Part shown: piece after piece, positions 6,712-16,182 of the stretch | How positions within the stretch are numbered: position 1 is the first letter of the stretch | How the letters are laid out: the number at the start of each line of letters is the position of its first letter | Assembly: GCA_963677105.1 (NCBI GenBank) | Contig: OY781871.1 | Location: 690,001-722,000, forward strand | DNA length: 32,000 bases | Direction: 5' to 3' | Source: Candidatus Saccharimonadota bacterium | GTDB taxonomy: Bacteria; Patescibacteriota; Gracilibacteria; UBA4473 | Notes under the pieces: generated by a model | The model's database searches: none | What the model was told of the DNA's origin: nothing | The model's input: only the letters and a program-made list of their open reading frames with translations | Position numbers and translations under genes: made by a program

Positions 6712-9282
6712 TCAATAATTCTTTGGAAGTTTTTTTTGTAATTCGTACATTTTTTCAAGCGCTTCTTTTGGTGAAAGTGTGTCTGGATCGAGAGTTTCTA
6801 AGATTTGTTCGATTTCAGATTTCATTTGTAGTTCAACAACTTTTTCTACAACTCGTGGTGCAGAAAATAAAGAAGGTTGTGGAGTAATAATTTCCTCTTC
6901 TTCAAGTTTTTTCAAAATTTCGTGTGAACGATTCAACACAGTTTTGGGAACACCCGCGAGTTTTGCGACTTCAATTCCAAAAGAATCAGAAATTCCACCA
7001 TCGGCAATTTTTCTCAAAAATATAATTCCATCTTTATTTTGAGCGACCGTTACGTGTGAATTTTTTCCACCTTCGAGATTTTCCACACAATCAATTAATT
7101 CATGATAATGCGTAGCAAAAATTGTTTTTGCTTTTACTTCATTGTGTAAATATTCAGTAATTGCCCATGCTAAACTAACCCCATCAAACGTGCTCGTTCC
7201 GCGTCCGATTTCATCCAAAATAATAAAACTTCGTTCGGTTGCAGCGTTTAAAATAGCAGCAGTTTCTGCCATTTCTACAAAAAATGTTGATTTCCCTCCA
7301 GCAAGATTATCACTTGCTCCAACTCGTGTAAAAATTCGATCAACAACTCCTATTTCACAGGCACTGGCAGGAACAAATGATCCAATTTGAGCCAATAAAA
7401 TAATGAGCGCATTTTGTCGTAAAAACGTAGATTTTCCTGCCATATTTGGTCCAGTAACAAGATGAAATCTAGATTTTTCACTCATTACCAAATCATTCGC
7501 AATAAACGGTTGATTTGAGATATTTTCCACAACAGGATGTCGTCCGCCCTCGATTCGTAAAACATTTTTTTCATCAAGAACAGTTGGAAGTGTCCATCGA
7601 CTTTTTTGTGCTACTTTCGCTAAAGTTATTAACGCATCGATAGTTCCAATTGCGTCTGCTGCAAGCTGAATTGCTTCCATTTTATTTACTACCTTTTCTC
7701 GTAATTCAATAAAAAGACGATGTTCGAGTTCATACGTTTTTGTTTCGGCAGACAAGACTTTTTCTTCGTGTTCAGCGAGTTCTGGCGTAGTAAATCGTTC
7801 TGCATTCACCAATGTTTGTCGACGAGTCCAGGTTTCTGGAACTTTGTTCATATTCGCCTTGCTCACTTCAAGGCAAAATCCAAAATTATTCGAAAATTTA
7901 ATTCTCAAATTTGAAATCCCACTTTCCTTTTTTTGTCGTTCCAGGAATGATTCAAGCCATGTTTCTGCATTTTTTTTCAAATTTCGTAACGCATCAAGTT
8001 CTTCATTATATCCATCACGGAACATTCCTCCAGCAGTTATTTCTAGTGGAGGAGAATCAACAATTGCATGCTCTAATTCGTTTGCAATTAATTCAAATCC
8101 CTGCAACACGACGGCATTTTCTTTGAGAAACGGTTGTTTGGACTTTTCACACCAATATGCCAGTGTTGGAAATTGATTCAACGACTGACCAATCCAACGT
8201 AAATCTCTCGCGTTTCCACGTCCGACAGCAATTCGTGCAAGTGCACGAGGAAGATCACAAATGTTATTAAGTGGTTCTTCCAGCATAGAAAGAGTATTCT
8301 GTTCTTTCAAAATTTCTGCGACAGAATGAGATCGTTCAGTTATTTTTTCCGCATTCAATAATGGGCGAGCAATCCAATTTCTTAATGTTCGACTTCCCAT
8401 AGCAGTTCCACTTTTTTTTGCAAAAATAGACCACAACGTACTGGCTGTTTCTTCCAAACGCATTGGATAGAAAATTTCTAAATGTTGCAGGGTTTGTGCA
8501 TCGAGCAACATAGTGTTTGATCCATCATAACGAACGAGTTTGCGTACGTGTTTAAGTTGGCTTTTTTGTGTTTCTTGTAAATAATTCAACACCAAAGCAC
8601 TTGCTTCAATTAACGGCGAAAGAGTATCAATTGCAAACACCGAAAGGTCGGAAATAGAAAAATGATCTAAAAGCGTCTGGCGCGCATCATCTGTTTTGAT
8701 TCCTTGTCTTGGAGTGTGAAGACATTGAGGAAGTTTCATACAAAATGTTTCATCAGCAAAAAGGTCGCTCGGGAGTACAATTTCACTTGGAGTGAGGCGA
8801 TACAGTTCGTCTAAAAAAGCAATTTCATTATCAAATTTTGTTGTTCGAAATTCTCCTGTAGAAAGATCAGCAACGGCAATAGCAATTTCTTTTTTTGCGC
8901 GAATTACTCCAACGAGAAAAGAATTTTTATCAGGATCTAAATTTCCTGTTTCAAGAGTTGTTCCGGGAGTTACAACACGCACAATTTCTCGGCGCATCAT
9001 TTTTTTATCCTCACTTTCTACTTGTTCTGCAATGGCAACTTTGTGTCCATTTTCAATAAGTGTTTCGAGATATTCTTTTGCTGAATGATGTGGGAATCCA
9101 CACATTGGCATTTCGTTTTCTGTTCCTTTGTGTCGAGCTGTAAGAGTAATTCCAAGAATGCGGCTTGCTAGTTGTGCGTCCTCAAAAAACATTTCATAAA
9201 AATCTCCCAGTCGAAAAAAAAGTACAGCATCGGGTTGTTGTTTTTTTAGTTCCCAAAATTGTCTTTGTACGGGGGTCGACAT
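6712..9282 (-). CDS. mutS: DNA mismatch repair protein MutS
   Basis: 856 aa. Mismatch-binding N-terminus (TPVQRQFWELKKQQPDAVLFFRLGDFYEMFFEDA), Walker A GPNMAGKSTFLRQ and DEIGRGTSTFDG. Confidence 0.96.
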   Translation of the reverse strand: MSTPVQRQFWELKKQQPDAVLFFRLGDFYEMFFEDAQLASRILGITLTARHKGTENEMPMCGFPHHSAKEYLETLIENGHKVAIAEQVESEDKKMMRREIVRVVTPGTTLETGNLDPDKNSFLVGVIRAKKEIAIAVADLSTGEFRTTKFDNEIAFLDELYRLTPSEIVLPSDLFADETFCMKLPQCLHTPRQGIKTDDARQTLLDHFSISDLSVFAIDTLSPLIEASALVLNYLQETQKSQLKHVRKLVRYDGSNTMLLDAQTLQHLEIFYPMRLEETASTLWSIFAKKSGTAMGSRTLRNWIARPLLNAEKITERSHSVAEILKEQNTLSMLEEPLNNICDLPRALARIAVGRGNARDLRWIGQSLNQFPTLAYWCEKSKQPFLKENAVVLQGFELIANELEHAIVDSPPLEITAGGMFRDGYNEELDALRNLKKNAETWLESFLERQKKESGISNLRIKFSNNFGFCLEVSKANMNKVPETWTRRQTLVNAERFTTPELAEHEEKVLSAETKTYELEHRLFIELREKVVNKMEAIQLAADAIGTIDALITLAKVAQKSRWTLPTVLDEKNVLRIEGGRHPVVENISNQPFIANDLVMSEKSRFHLVTGPNMAGKSTFLRQNALIILLAQIGSFVPASACEIGVVDRIFTRVGASDNLAGGKSTFFVEMAETAAILNAATERSFIILDEIGRGTSTFDGVSLAWAITEYLHNEVKAKTIFATHYHELIDCVENLEGGKNSHVTVAQNKDGIIFLRKIADGGISDSFGIEVAKLAGVPKTVLNRSHEILKKLEEEEIITPQPSLFSAPRVVEKVVELQMKSEIEQILETLDPDTLSPKEALEKMYELQKKLPKNY

Positions 9283-9601
9283 CGGTGAAAAAGGTACAGG
9301 GAGAATGATTTTTTTTCAACCTATTTTTGAAGTATTTATTATTCTTTTTTTTTCACACAAAAAGAATCAAAAAGCTCGTTGCGGTTGTTCGTTCGTAAAC
9401 AAAAATTTCTTGTTCGCTAAAATGTGCAAACTATAACAAAGGGAGTTGTTTCTACGAGCACGTTTTAATCGCTCTCATCGAAAATTTGTTTTTTACTTCA
9501 CTTACAAATGCAACCACTTGAGAAAGGAAAAATCGGTTAGTGTTTTATGGAAGCTTTATTTACTGGCATTTCTTTGGGAATTCAGGTACAACATTGTTCG
9601 T

Positions 9602-10852
9602 ATGCAGAAATTCTTTTGGCTTTGCCTTTTGTTGCTTATTCCAGGGTTACTGGCAAGGATCTCGCTTGGTGGATCAGGGATTTTGGCAACAGATATACTT
9701 GTTCCTCTTTTTGCGGTGTTATGGATTGGAAAGAAAATTATTTTTCATGAAAAATTTCCACGTTGTGATTGGATGAGTGCAGGAATTGCCTTTGTTTCTG
9801 TGGCAATTGTGACATGGTTAATCGGTGCATGGGATTTAACCATTTCTGCAAAAATTCTTTCAGCGGCTTATTTTATTCGAATATTAACAATGTTAATTAT
9901 TGGATGGAGTGCAGGAGAATATTTTCAAACTCCAAACTACAAGTTACAAACTACAGATATAAGTTTAAAAGATGCTTTTTTTAAGCGTTTCTTTTTGATT
10001 TCTAGTGTGGTGATTGTGCTGGGATTTATTCAATTTATATTTATTCCAGACATTTCTCGATTTTCTACAGAAGGAGGATGGGATCCACACACCGGACGAT
10101 TATTGGGAACATGGTTAGACCCCAATTATTTAGCTGGATTTTTAGGATTTTTACTTCCTATAATTGCTGGAGCGTGGTACAAAAAACGAAATCATTGGCT
10201 CTTTCTGCTTGGTTTATTAGCACTTGTCGCACTGTTTCTTACGTTTTCAAGAAGTGGTTATTTAGCAGCAATGATAGGACTAGGAATGTTCTTTTTTTTA
10301 CGAGATTGGAAAATTATTTTGTTAGCAATATTGATTGCGATTTTGGGACTTGCTTCCAGTGAAAGAGCTCAAAAACGTGTAGGAGAATTAACGGGAACAA
10401 TGGCTTCAATTGTATTGCAAGACACAGCCGAAATTGATCCAACTGCAAAATTACGGATTCAAAATTGGATAAAATCGGTTGATTTATGGAAAAAATATCC
10501 GGTAGCAGGAATTGGATATAATACGTATCGTTGGCGAGCGGCAGAAGAAGGAGTGGTTGATGAAAACTATTTTTCAGCGGGAGGAGCTGATGGAACACAT
10601 TTAACGGTTTTAGTTACAACGGGAATAATCGGATCGTTGGTATATTTATGGTTTTTGAATGTGCTTTTTTGGAAACCAGTTATTCGTTGGTGGAAAACGC
10701 GAGATGATCGTCAATTAGGATTTGCGATGGGACTTTTGTCGTTAATAGTTCATTCATTATTTGTGAATTCACTTTTTTTCCCATTGATTTTCTTGCCAGT
10801 AATCATTATTGCTGGAGTGTTACAATCAAATGATTCTGTACTTTTAAAATGA
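9602..10852 (+). CDS. O-antigen ligase / O-antigen polymerase-like (Wzy_C-type) polytopic membrane protein
   Basis: About 10 hydrophobic segments and an LTFSRSGYLAAMIGL motif typical of the family. I prefer the ATG at 9602 (MQKFFWLCLLLL) to the track's TTG at 9446. Contains an in-frame heptamer array. Confidence 0.7.
   Translation: MQKFFWLCLLLLIPGLLARISLGGSGILATDILVPLFAVLWIGKKIIFHEKFPRCDWMSAGIAFVSVAIVTWLIGAWDLTISAKILSAAYFIRILTMLIIGWSAGEYFQTPNYKLQTTDISLKDAFFKRFFLISSVVIVLGFIQFIFIPDISRFSTEGGWDPHTGRLLGTWLDPNYLAGFLGFLLPIIAGAWYKKRNHWLFLLGLLALVALFLTFSRSGYLAAMIGLGMFFFLRDWKIILLAILIAILGLASSERAQKRVGELTGTMASIVLQDTAEIDPTAKLRIQNWIKSVDLWKKYPVAGIGYNTYRWRAAEEGVVDENYFSAGGADGTHLTVLVTTGIIGSLVYLWFLNVLFWKPVIRWWKTRDDRQLGFAMGLLSLIVHSLFVNSLFFPLIFLPVIIIAGVLQSNDSVLLK
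9923..9957 (+). repeat. Heptamer array x5 inside a CDS
   Basis: Units are tttcaaa ctccaaa ctacaag ttacaaa ctacaga. Translated as FQTPNYKLQTTD, between hydrophobic segments. Confidence 0.75.
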
Positions 10853-12654
10853 AATATTTTGGTGCATTTTTGTTGATAGTTGGACTTGCTGGAGTAGCAG
10901 GAAATTTTTACATACAAGAACAATTGCCAGAATTAAAAACAAGCATTTTTGATCTGGTAGAAGAAGCTCAGAACGCAGGAATGAGTGTTGATAAATGGCA
11001 AAAGGTGTCAGTTATGGCAAAAGATGAGATTCCGCCACTGCCGGGATTATTTCGTATTCGGAATGCATTTGGAGAAGTGCCAGAAATTTTAGATTCAGTA
11101 AATGCTTTACAGAAAGAATTTTCAGATATAGATCCATTATCAGAATCAATTCCGATCACGAAAGTTAATAATACTTTTGTTCATTTACGAGAGATTGATG
11201 AAAGTTTAGAAAATATTGAAAAGGCGATTAACATAATCCCAAATTGGATTATTACGAAAGAAATTTTAAGACAAAAACAAGAAGGAGAAGCGCAGATAGC
11301 GCTCATTCGTGAAAGTTTAGCGAACGTATTGGAGCTCGAATCGATTATTACTCGATGGGCAGAAAGACAAGAACGGCTCATTGTTATTCTCCAAAATCCG
11401 AATGAACCGCGATCAACAGGAGGATTTATGGGAAGTTTATTAGTCATTGATTTTCAGAAAGAAAATGTAACGTGGAAATTTCAAGATATTTATGCGATTG
11501 ATCGAAAAATCCCACAAGAAAAGCTTATCTTGACGCCAGATTGGTTTCAGGGACTTTCTCAGTATTTATCATTGCGTGATGCGAACTTTTGGCCAGATTT
11601 TCCAACGAGTGCTGGAGAAATTCGTAATTTATTCGTTCTTGCTGGAGAAAAATCACCAGAAACAGTTATCGCAATTACTCCAGAATGGGTAAAAGTGTGG
11701 CTAGAATTGATTGGCGGAACACGGATGTCGAAATGGAATGTGAATTTTACACCGGAAAATTTTGATTTGGTGTTACAGTTTTTAGTCGAATCAAAAATCG
11801 AAGGTCGATGGGGAGTGAAAAAACCAATAATGAAGCTCGCAGAGCAGTTATTTGCGCCTTATTCCGTGTCGCGTATTACGCCAGAGAAAGTAGCAGAAAT
11901 TGATTGGAAAACATTAGTTGCAGAAAAACATATTTTAGCACATTCTCGAGATAAGAAATTGCAAGAAATCCTAGAAGAATGGAATATTACTGGACATGTG
12001 CAACAAGAAAATGATGCAGATAATTTCTTGGCATTTGATTTTATTTCTATTGGAGCGAATAAATCAGAAAAATTCATTTGGTCTCGACTCGAACATAATT
12101 CTCGGATTGCTCCAGATGGAGCCGTTGAAAATACGTTAAAAATAACGAGAACTCATGCATTGCGTCCAGGAGAAATTTCACAACAATTAGGAGAAAAAAA
12201 ATGGAGTCAAAATGTTCGTGATTTATTGACACCAGATATTCTTTGGAAACTTGGAGCAGGAGAAAATCGTACAATGTTGCGTGTGTGGATTCCACATGAT
12301 TCAGAATTTATTTCGGGAACTTCTCCCTCAGGAAATGTGCGGTTTGTTCCGCGAGCTGAAAAGGATTTCACAATGTTAGAAATTCCAATGAACGTATTAC
12401 CAGGAGAGTCTCTCGTTGCAGAAGTGAAATATAAAACACATATTGCGCGAGGAAGTAGTAGTTGGCGACCGTATAATTTACAAATTGTAGGAACACCAGC
12501 GCGAAAGCAAACAAAACTGATTCCAACAATTTCAGCCGTAGGGAATGGGAAGTTTACGGCAGAAACAATGAATGTAGGAGCGCCGATTTCGTTGCTTGAT
12601 ACGAATGTTCGAGCGGTCGTCAAATTTGATTGCACACTTTCAGTAGATCGCTAA
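10849..12654 (+). CDS. DUF4012-like envelope protein with N-terminal membrane anchor
   Basis: 601 aa. N-terminal TM (FGAFLLIVGLAGVAG). The motif ILQNPNEPRSTGGFMGS matches my memory of the DUF4012 signature. ATGA overlap with the upstream gene. Confidence 0.65.
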   Translation: MKYFGAFLLIVGLAGVAGNFYIQEQLPELKTSIFDLVEEAQNAGMSVDKWQKVSVMAKDEIPPLPGLFRIRNAFGEVPEILDSVNALQKEFSDIDPLSESIPITKVNNTFVHLREIDESLENIEKAINIIPNWIITKEILRQKQEGEAQIALIRESLANVLELESIITRWAERQERLIVILQNPNEPRSTGGFMGSLLVIDFQKENVTWKFQDIYAIDRKIPQEKLILTPDWFQGLSQYLSLRDANFWPDFPTSAGEIRNLFVLAGEKSPETVIAITPEWVKVWLELIGGTRMSKWNVNFTPENFDLVLQFLVESKIEGRWGVKKPIMKLAEQLFAPYSVSRITPEKVAEIDWKTLVAEKHILAHSRDKKLQEILEEWNITGHVQQENDADNFLAFDFISIGANKSEKFIWSRLEHNSRIAPDGAVENTLKITRTHALRPGEISQQLGEKKWSQNVRDLLTPDILWKLGAGENRTMLRVWIPHDSEFISGTSPSGNVRFVPRAEKDFTMLEIPMNVLPGESLVAEVKYKTHIARGSSSWRPYNLQIVGTPARKQTKLIPTISAVGNGKFTAETMNVGAPISLLDTNVRAVVKFDCTLSVDR

Positions 12655-12753
12655 GAGCGATCGACTTATAGTATTACATAAATTTTCCTCTTCAAATCAA
12701 AACACATTCTTTCTCATTTTTTGGGAATTTTGATTTGGGGAAACAAGATTAAA

Positions 12754-12774
12754 TAACAAATTTCAAATATTAAA
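12754..12774 (+). repeat. Weak heptamer array x3
   Basis: Units are taacaaa tttcaaa tattaaa. Shares the AAATAACAAAT core with 25901. Confidence 0.4.
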
Positions 12775-12869
12775 TTATCATTTCAAGCTTGATTTGGAAT
12801 CTAGTTCTTCGAATTGCGGATCAACTCAGTCATGATAGATAGAATAGGATTATTTTGAGGTAAAATAAC

Positions 12870-12898
12870 TTGACAAAATATAGGTCTTATTATATAAG
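12870..12898 (+). promoter_or_regulatory. Strong sigma70-type promoter with a roughly 235-nt leader
   Basis: TTGACA (12870-12875), 17-nt spacer, TATAAG (12893-12898). The next gene starts at 13139. Confidence 0.55.
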
Positions 12899-13138
12899 AT
12901 TAATAGATAGTTCTTTTACGTCGAATGGAAAACTTTGCTTTTGAGTGAATGATGACTCTGTGGATGAATCATTTCAAGGGCAATAATTCTGTTTGAAATT
13001 GATCTTTTACATTTTCGGGAAATAAGACATATCATACTATTTTTTGTTTATATTCTGTTGAATGAAGCATTTTGAGAAGAAAGAATTATTTCTTTTCAGT
13101 GTGTTTCATTTAACAAAAAAAACAAAAGGAGGCCAAAA

Positions 13139-13957
13139 ATGGCTGAAACAAAAAAAGTATGGGTTAAGATCGTAGATGAAGAAGGAAAAAATGTTAACGT
13201 GATTGGGAAAGAATCACTAGAAGGGTTAATGGCAAAAGACACCTTTTACGTTCTTCCTGGTGGAGGAATCTTCAAAAGAGATCAAGTATTTTTCCCAGGA
13301 GATCAAGAGAATACTGAGGTGAAAATATTTGCCAAACTGAAAGTTCTTATAGGAACAGATTACGACTTTCGTGAAGCAGGTTTAATTTCTGACGTTCCAA
13401 AGAACGCAGAAATAGTTTACATCAATCAGGAAGAGCCGTTCAGACACATAAAGAGAACAGCGGACGTTACAAAACATCTTAAAGAGCGAGAATCTGATTT
13501 AGAAGAAGAATCTAAAGGAAAAAGCTCTTCCATGAAATGGATGAGCTGGGGTCTTGTTGGATTAGCGATGCTCGCTGTGGTTTTCCTAATAGGATGGCTC
13601 ACTCAGGTGGGGAAACTCAATGAAGCGCGCGTGTTGATCTCGACGAACGTGATTACCATCGTCCCGGCCACTGACTTTTCCGAGATCAAGAGTAGCAAAA
13701 AAGAGCTCGTGGCTGCTTCAAAAGCGAAAGAGAACGCTGAAAAGCTTCTCATCGTTGCTTATTCTGCTGAAAAAGATGGTGCTTTGAGTTACTTTGTTTA
13801 TCAAAATGGTGTTGCCCTTGAAATGGGGAAACACTTCGCGATTGAGCAGAGTTCTCACAAGAAGACAGTTTCCATTTTCCCAGAAGGAAAGCCGGAAATT
13901 GAATTCCAAATCCCGAACGTGAAAAAAGGAAAGGCAAAGTATATTGCCGTTCCCTAA
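13139..13957 (+). CDS. Hypothetical single-pass membrane protein
   Basis: 272 aa with a central TM (WMSWGLVGLAMLAVVFLIGWL). It is the only gene in the window with a canonical SD: AAAGGAGG at 13125-13132, with a 6-nt spacer. I recognise no family. Confidence 0.7.
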   Translation: MAETKKVWVKIVDEEGKNVNVIGKESLEGLMAKDTFYVLPGGGIFKRDQVFFPGDQENTEVKIFAKLKVLIGTDYDFREAGLISDVPKNAEIVYINQEEPFRHIKRTADVTKHLKERESDLEEESKGKSSSMKWMSWGLVGLAMLAVVFLIGWLTQVGKLNEARVLISTNVITIVPATDFSEIKSSKKELVAASKAKENAEKLLIVAYSAEKDGALSYFVYQNGVALEMGKHFAIEQSSHKKTVSIFPEGKPEIEFQIPNVKKGKAKYIAVP

Positions 13958-13978
13958 ATTGTTTCAAACAGAAAACAT

Positions 13979-14012
13979 AAAGGAGGTGCTCATGTAAGTA
14001 TCCTCCTTTTTT
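13979..14012 (+). terminator. Intrinsic terminator
   Basis: AAAGGAGG (13979-13986) pairs with CCTCCTTT (14002-14009), followed by a T-run. Confidence 0.65.
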
Positions 14013-14036
14013 CTTTGTGAAAAAATAAATGAATAC

Positions 14037-14068
14037 AAAAAAATGGAAGCATTTGCTTCCATTTTTTT
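14037..14068. terminator. Bidirectional intrinsic terminator
   Basis: A-run, then TGGAAGC (14044-14050) pairing with GCTTCCA (14055-14061), then a T-run. Sits between convergent genes. Confidence 0.75.
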
Positions 14069-14088
14069 ATTAGAACTTTCTTAATATT

Positions 14089-16110
14089 TTATTTTGGGAA
14101 ATATTCTGTAGAATTTGGCATAACTCCTTGTCCCTCTAGTGAGTCTTCCATAGGAAGTTCATTTGGGTTAATTCGAGTAGTTGCAGTAGGAATAGCTCCT
14201 TGGTTTTCAAGATTATTAGAAGCAACTAATGTCGGATCTTTTTGTTCTACAACAGGAGTTTGATTTTTAAGGGCTTCCATTACAGGTGATTTTTTCTTAA
14301 ATTGGCTCCAGAATTTTTGCCAACGAGATTTTGGTTTTAACATTTTATCTACGTCTTCTTGTGTTAGTTTTGGTAAGAATCCAAGATCCGGAACATCAGA
14401 GCTGTATGTTTTTGTATCTTTTTTCTCAGTACCATTAATGTCAGTAGAGCTTGGAATAACTCCTTGAGCTTCTAGTTCATCTTCAGAGCCTTTAAATTCA
14501 TAATTTGTTTCTCCGCGGTCTTCATCTTTATGACCAGAAGGTTTGTTTTGAGTAAATTCAGCAGGAGCAGCTATTTTAGGTTTTACAACATTAGTGCGAT
14601 CTATTTTTGTTGTTTCAGTGATTCCATCGAGAGCTGTAGAAGTAGGAATCACACCTTGACCTTCTAAGCTGTCAGAGTCATCAGCCTTTTTTGTATCAGC
14701 TTTAGGTGCAGCAGTAGGTTTAATATTTGGAACATCAGTAGGTTTTTTCTGATCTGGAGAAGCTACTTTTTTCTGAGTTTCAGTATCTTTTGTCTCCGCT
14801 CCTCCAAGAGTCGTAGAAGTAGGAATCACACCTTGACCTTCTAAGCTGTCAGAGTCATCAGCCTTTTTTGTATCAGCTTTAGGTGCAGCAGTAGGTTTAA
14901 TATTTGGAACATCAGTAGGTTTTTTCTGATCTGGAGAAGCTACTTTTTTCTGAGTTTCAGTATCTTTTGTCTCCGCTCCTCCAAGAGTCGTAGAAGTAGG
15001 AATCACACCTTGACCTTCTAAGCTGTCAGAGTCATCAGCCTTTTTTGTATCAGCTTTAGGTGCAGCAGTAGGTTTAATATTTGGAACATCAGTAGGTTTT
15101 TTCTGATCTGGAGAAGCTACTTTTTTCTGAGTTTCAGTATCTTTTGTCTCCGCTCCTCCAAGAGTCGTAGAAGTAGGAATCACACCTTGACCTTCTAAGC
15201 TGTCAGAACCAGAAGCTTTATTTACATTTTCTTTTTTCGGATCTTTTGCAGGTTCTTTATTGTCCCAAGCAGGATTAGCATTTTCTTTTTTCGGATCTTT
15301 TGCAGGCTCTTTATTTTCCCAAGCAGGATTAGCATTTTCTTTTTTCGGATCTTTTGCAGGCTCTTTATTTTCCCAAGCAGGATTAGCATTTTCTTTTTTC
15401 GGATCTTTTGCAGGCTCTTTATTTTCCCAAGCAGGATTAGCATTTTCTTTTTTCGGATCTTTTGCAGGTTCTTTATTTTCCCAAGCAGGATTAGCATTTT
15501 CTTTTTTCGGATCTTTTGCAGGTTCTTTATTTTCCCAAGCAGGATTAGCATTTTCTTTTTTCGGATCTTTTCCGGGTTCAGGATTATTCCAAGCACCATT
15601 AGTCTTTTCTTGTGGTTTGTTTTTTCCCACTACAACAGTCTCTGTTCCTTCTGTCCATACATATTGTCCTGGAGAAAGGAAGTTTGCGTATTGCATTGCA
15701 AATTCTTCCCCGTTAATCATTTTTGTCGCAATATCTTGAGGAATTTTGTATTTACTGTTTTTATTCCATTTATCAATTTGTTCTTGTGAAGGACGAGTTC
15801 CTTCCTCGTATCGTACTTTCGCTTTAAAAATACTTGTAATATTTAATTTCTTAGATTCTTTAAATCCTTTTGTAATAGCACCAATTGTGTCACCAGATTG
15901 AACTTCACGAGTTGAAATGTTTCGTTTTGCCATTTCTTTTCCTAATTCAGTTCCCAATAAATTTTGTTCTGTCTGAGACCAAACTAAAACATCTGTAATT
16001 TCTTTTCCTTGTTTAATTTGATTATTTTGAACTTCCGCACCAATAACTTCATTAGTGAAGAAAAGGAATTTAGCATTTTGCTTTGCCGACGCCAATGAAA
16101 GATTTTTCAT
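14089..16110 (-). CDS. Repeat-built Lys/Pro/Glu-rich protein, function unknown
   Basis: 673 aa. About 170 aa of unique N-terminus, with a possible degenerate LysM-like stretch (VQSGDTIGAI...LSPGQYVW). Then 7 x 18-aa repeats (NPAWENKEPAKDPKKENA) and 3.2 x 59-aa repeats. The motif LE[GAN]QG[VA][IM]P recurs 7 times. No obvious signal peptide. Confidence 0.8.
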   Translation of the reverse strand: MKNLSLASAKQNAKFLFFTNEVIGAEVQNNQIKQGKEITDVLVWSQTEQNLLGTELGKEMAKRNISTREVQSGDTIGAITKGFKESKKLNITSIFKAKVRYEEGTRPSQEQIDKWNKNSKYKIPQDIATKMINGEEFAMQYANFLSPGQYVWTEGTETVVVGKNKPQEKTNGAWNNPEPGKDPKKENANPAWENKEPAKDPKKENANPAWENKEPAKDPKKENANPAWENKEPAKDPKKENANPAWENKEPAKDPKKENANPAWENKEPAKDPKKENANPAWDNKEPAKDPKKENVNKASGSDSLEGQGVIPTSTTLGGAETKDTETQKKVASPDQKKPTDVPNIKPTAAPKADTKKADDSDSLEGQGVIPTSTTLGGAETKDTETQKKVASPDQKKPTDVPNIKPTAAPKADTKKADDSDSLEGQGVIPTSTTLGGAETKDTETQKKVASPDQKKPTDVPNIKPTAAPKADTKKADDSDSLEGQGVIPTSTALDGITETTKIDRTNVVKPKIAAPAEFTQNKPSGHKDEDRGETNYEFKGSEDELEAQGVIPSSTDINGTEKKDTKTYSSDVPDLGFLPKLTQEDVDKMLKPKSRWQKFWSQFKKKSPVMEALKNQTPVVEQKDPTLVASNNLENQGAIPTATTRINPNELPMEDSLEGQGVMPNSTEYFPK
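14636..15205. repeat. 177-bp tandem repeat, about 3.2 copies, identical by eye
   Basis: The register marker aggaatcaca recurs at 14644, 14821, 14998 and 15175. Line-by-line comparison of the three full copies shows no differences. Confidence 0.95.
15225..15602. repeat. 54-bp tandem repeat, 7 copies (the last one diverged)
   Basis: The unit starts at 15225, 15279, 15333, 15387, 15441, 15495 and 15549. The only variation is ggctct versus ggttct. It generates spurious repeat ORFs in other frames (15222..15599 and 15260..15739). Confidence 0.95.
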
Positions 16111-16147
16111 ATATTTTTGTAAAAATCAGGACATCTTACCAGATAAA

Positions 16148-16178
16148 TGCAAAAAACACAAGCGATTCGCTATCGCTT
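16148..16178 (-). terminator. Intrinsic terminator downstream of miaB
   Basis: AAGCGAT (16160-16166) pairs with ATCGCTT (16172-16178). On the minus strand the hairpin is followed by gtgTTTTTTg. Confidence 0.6.
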
Positions 16179-16182
16179 AAAA

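Noticed and set aside
13978-13997. SD-ATG-TAA start-stop mini-ORF (TAAAGGAGG-tgctc-ATG-TAA) after the 13139 gene
   Set aside because: The AGGAGG is the 5' arm of the terminator hairpin pairing with CCTCCT. The start-stop arrangement is most simply a by-product, so I make no claim.
14636-15602. Tandem repeats as a possible CRISPR array
   Set aside because: The units are directly abutting with no unique spacers. They lie in one long ORF and translate to sensible peptide repeats. No cas genes are nearby.
15222-15739. Repeat-derived ORFs 15222..15599 (-) and 15260..15739 (+)
   Set aside because: They are alternative-frame or antisense readings of the 54-bp tandem repeat. The frame giving NPAWENKEPAKDPKKENA is continuous with unique N- and C-terminal sequence and is the real one.
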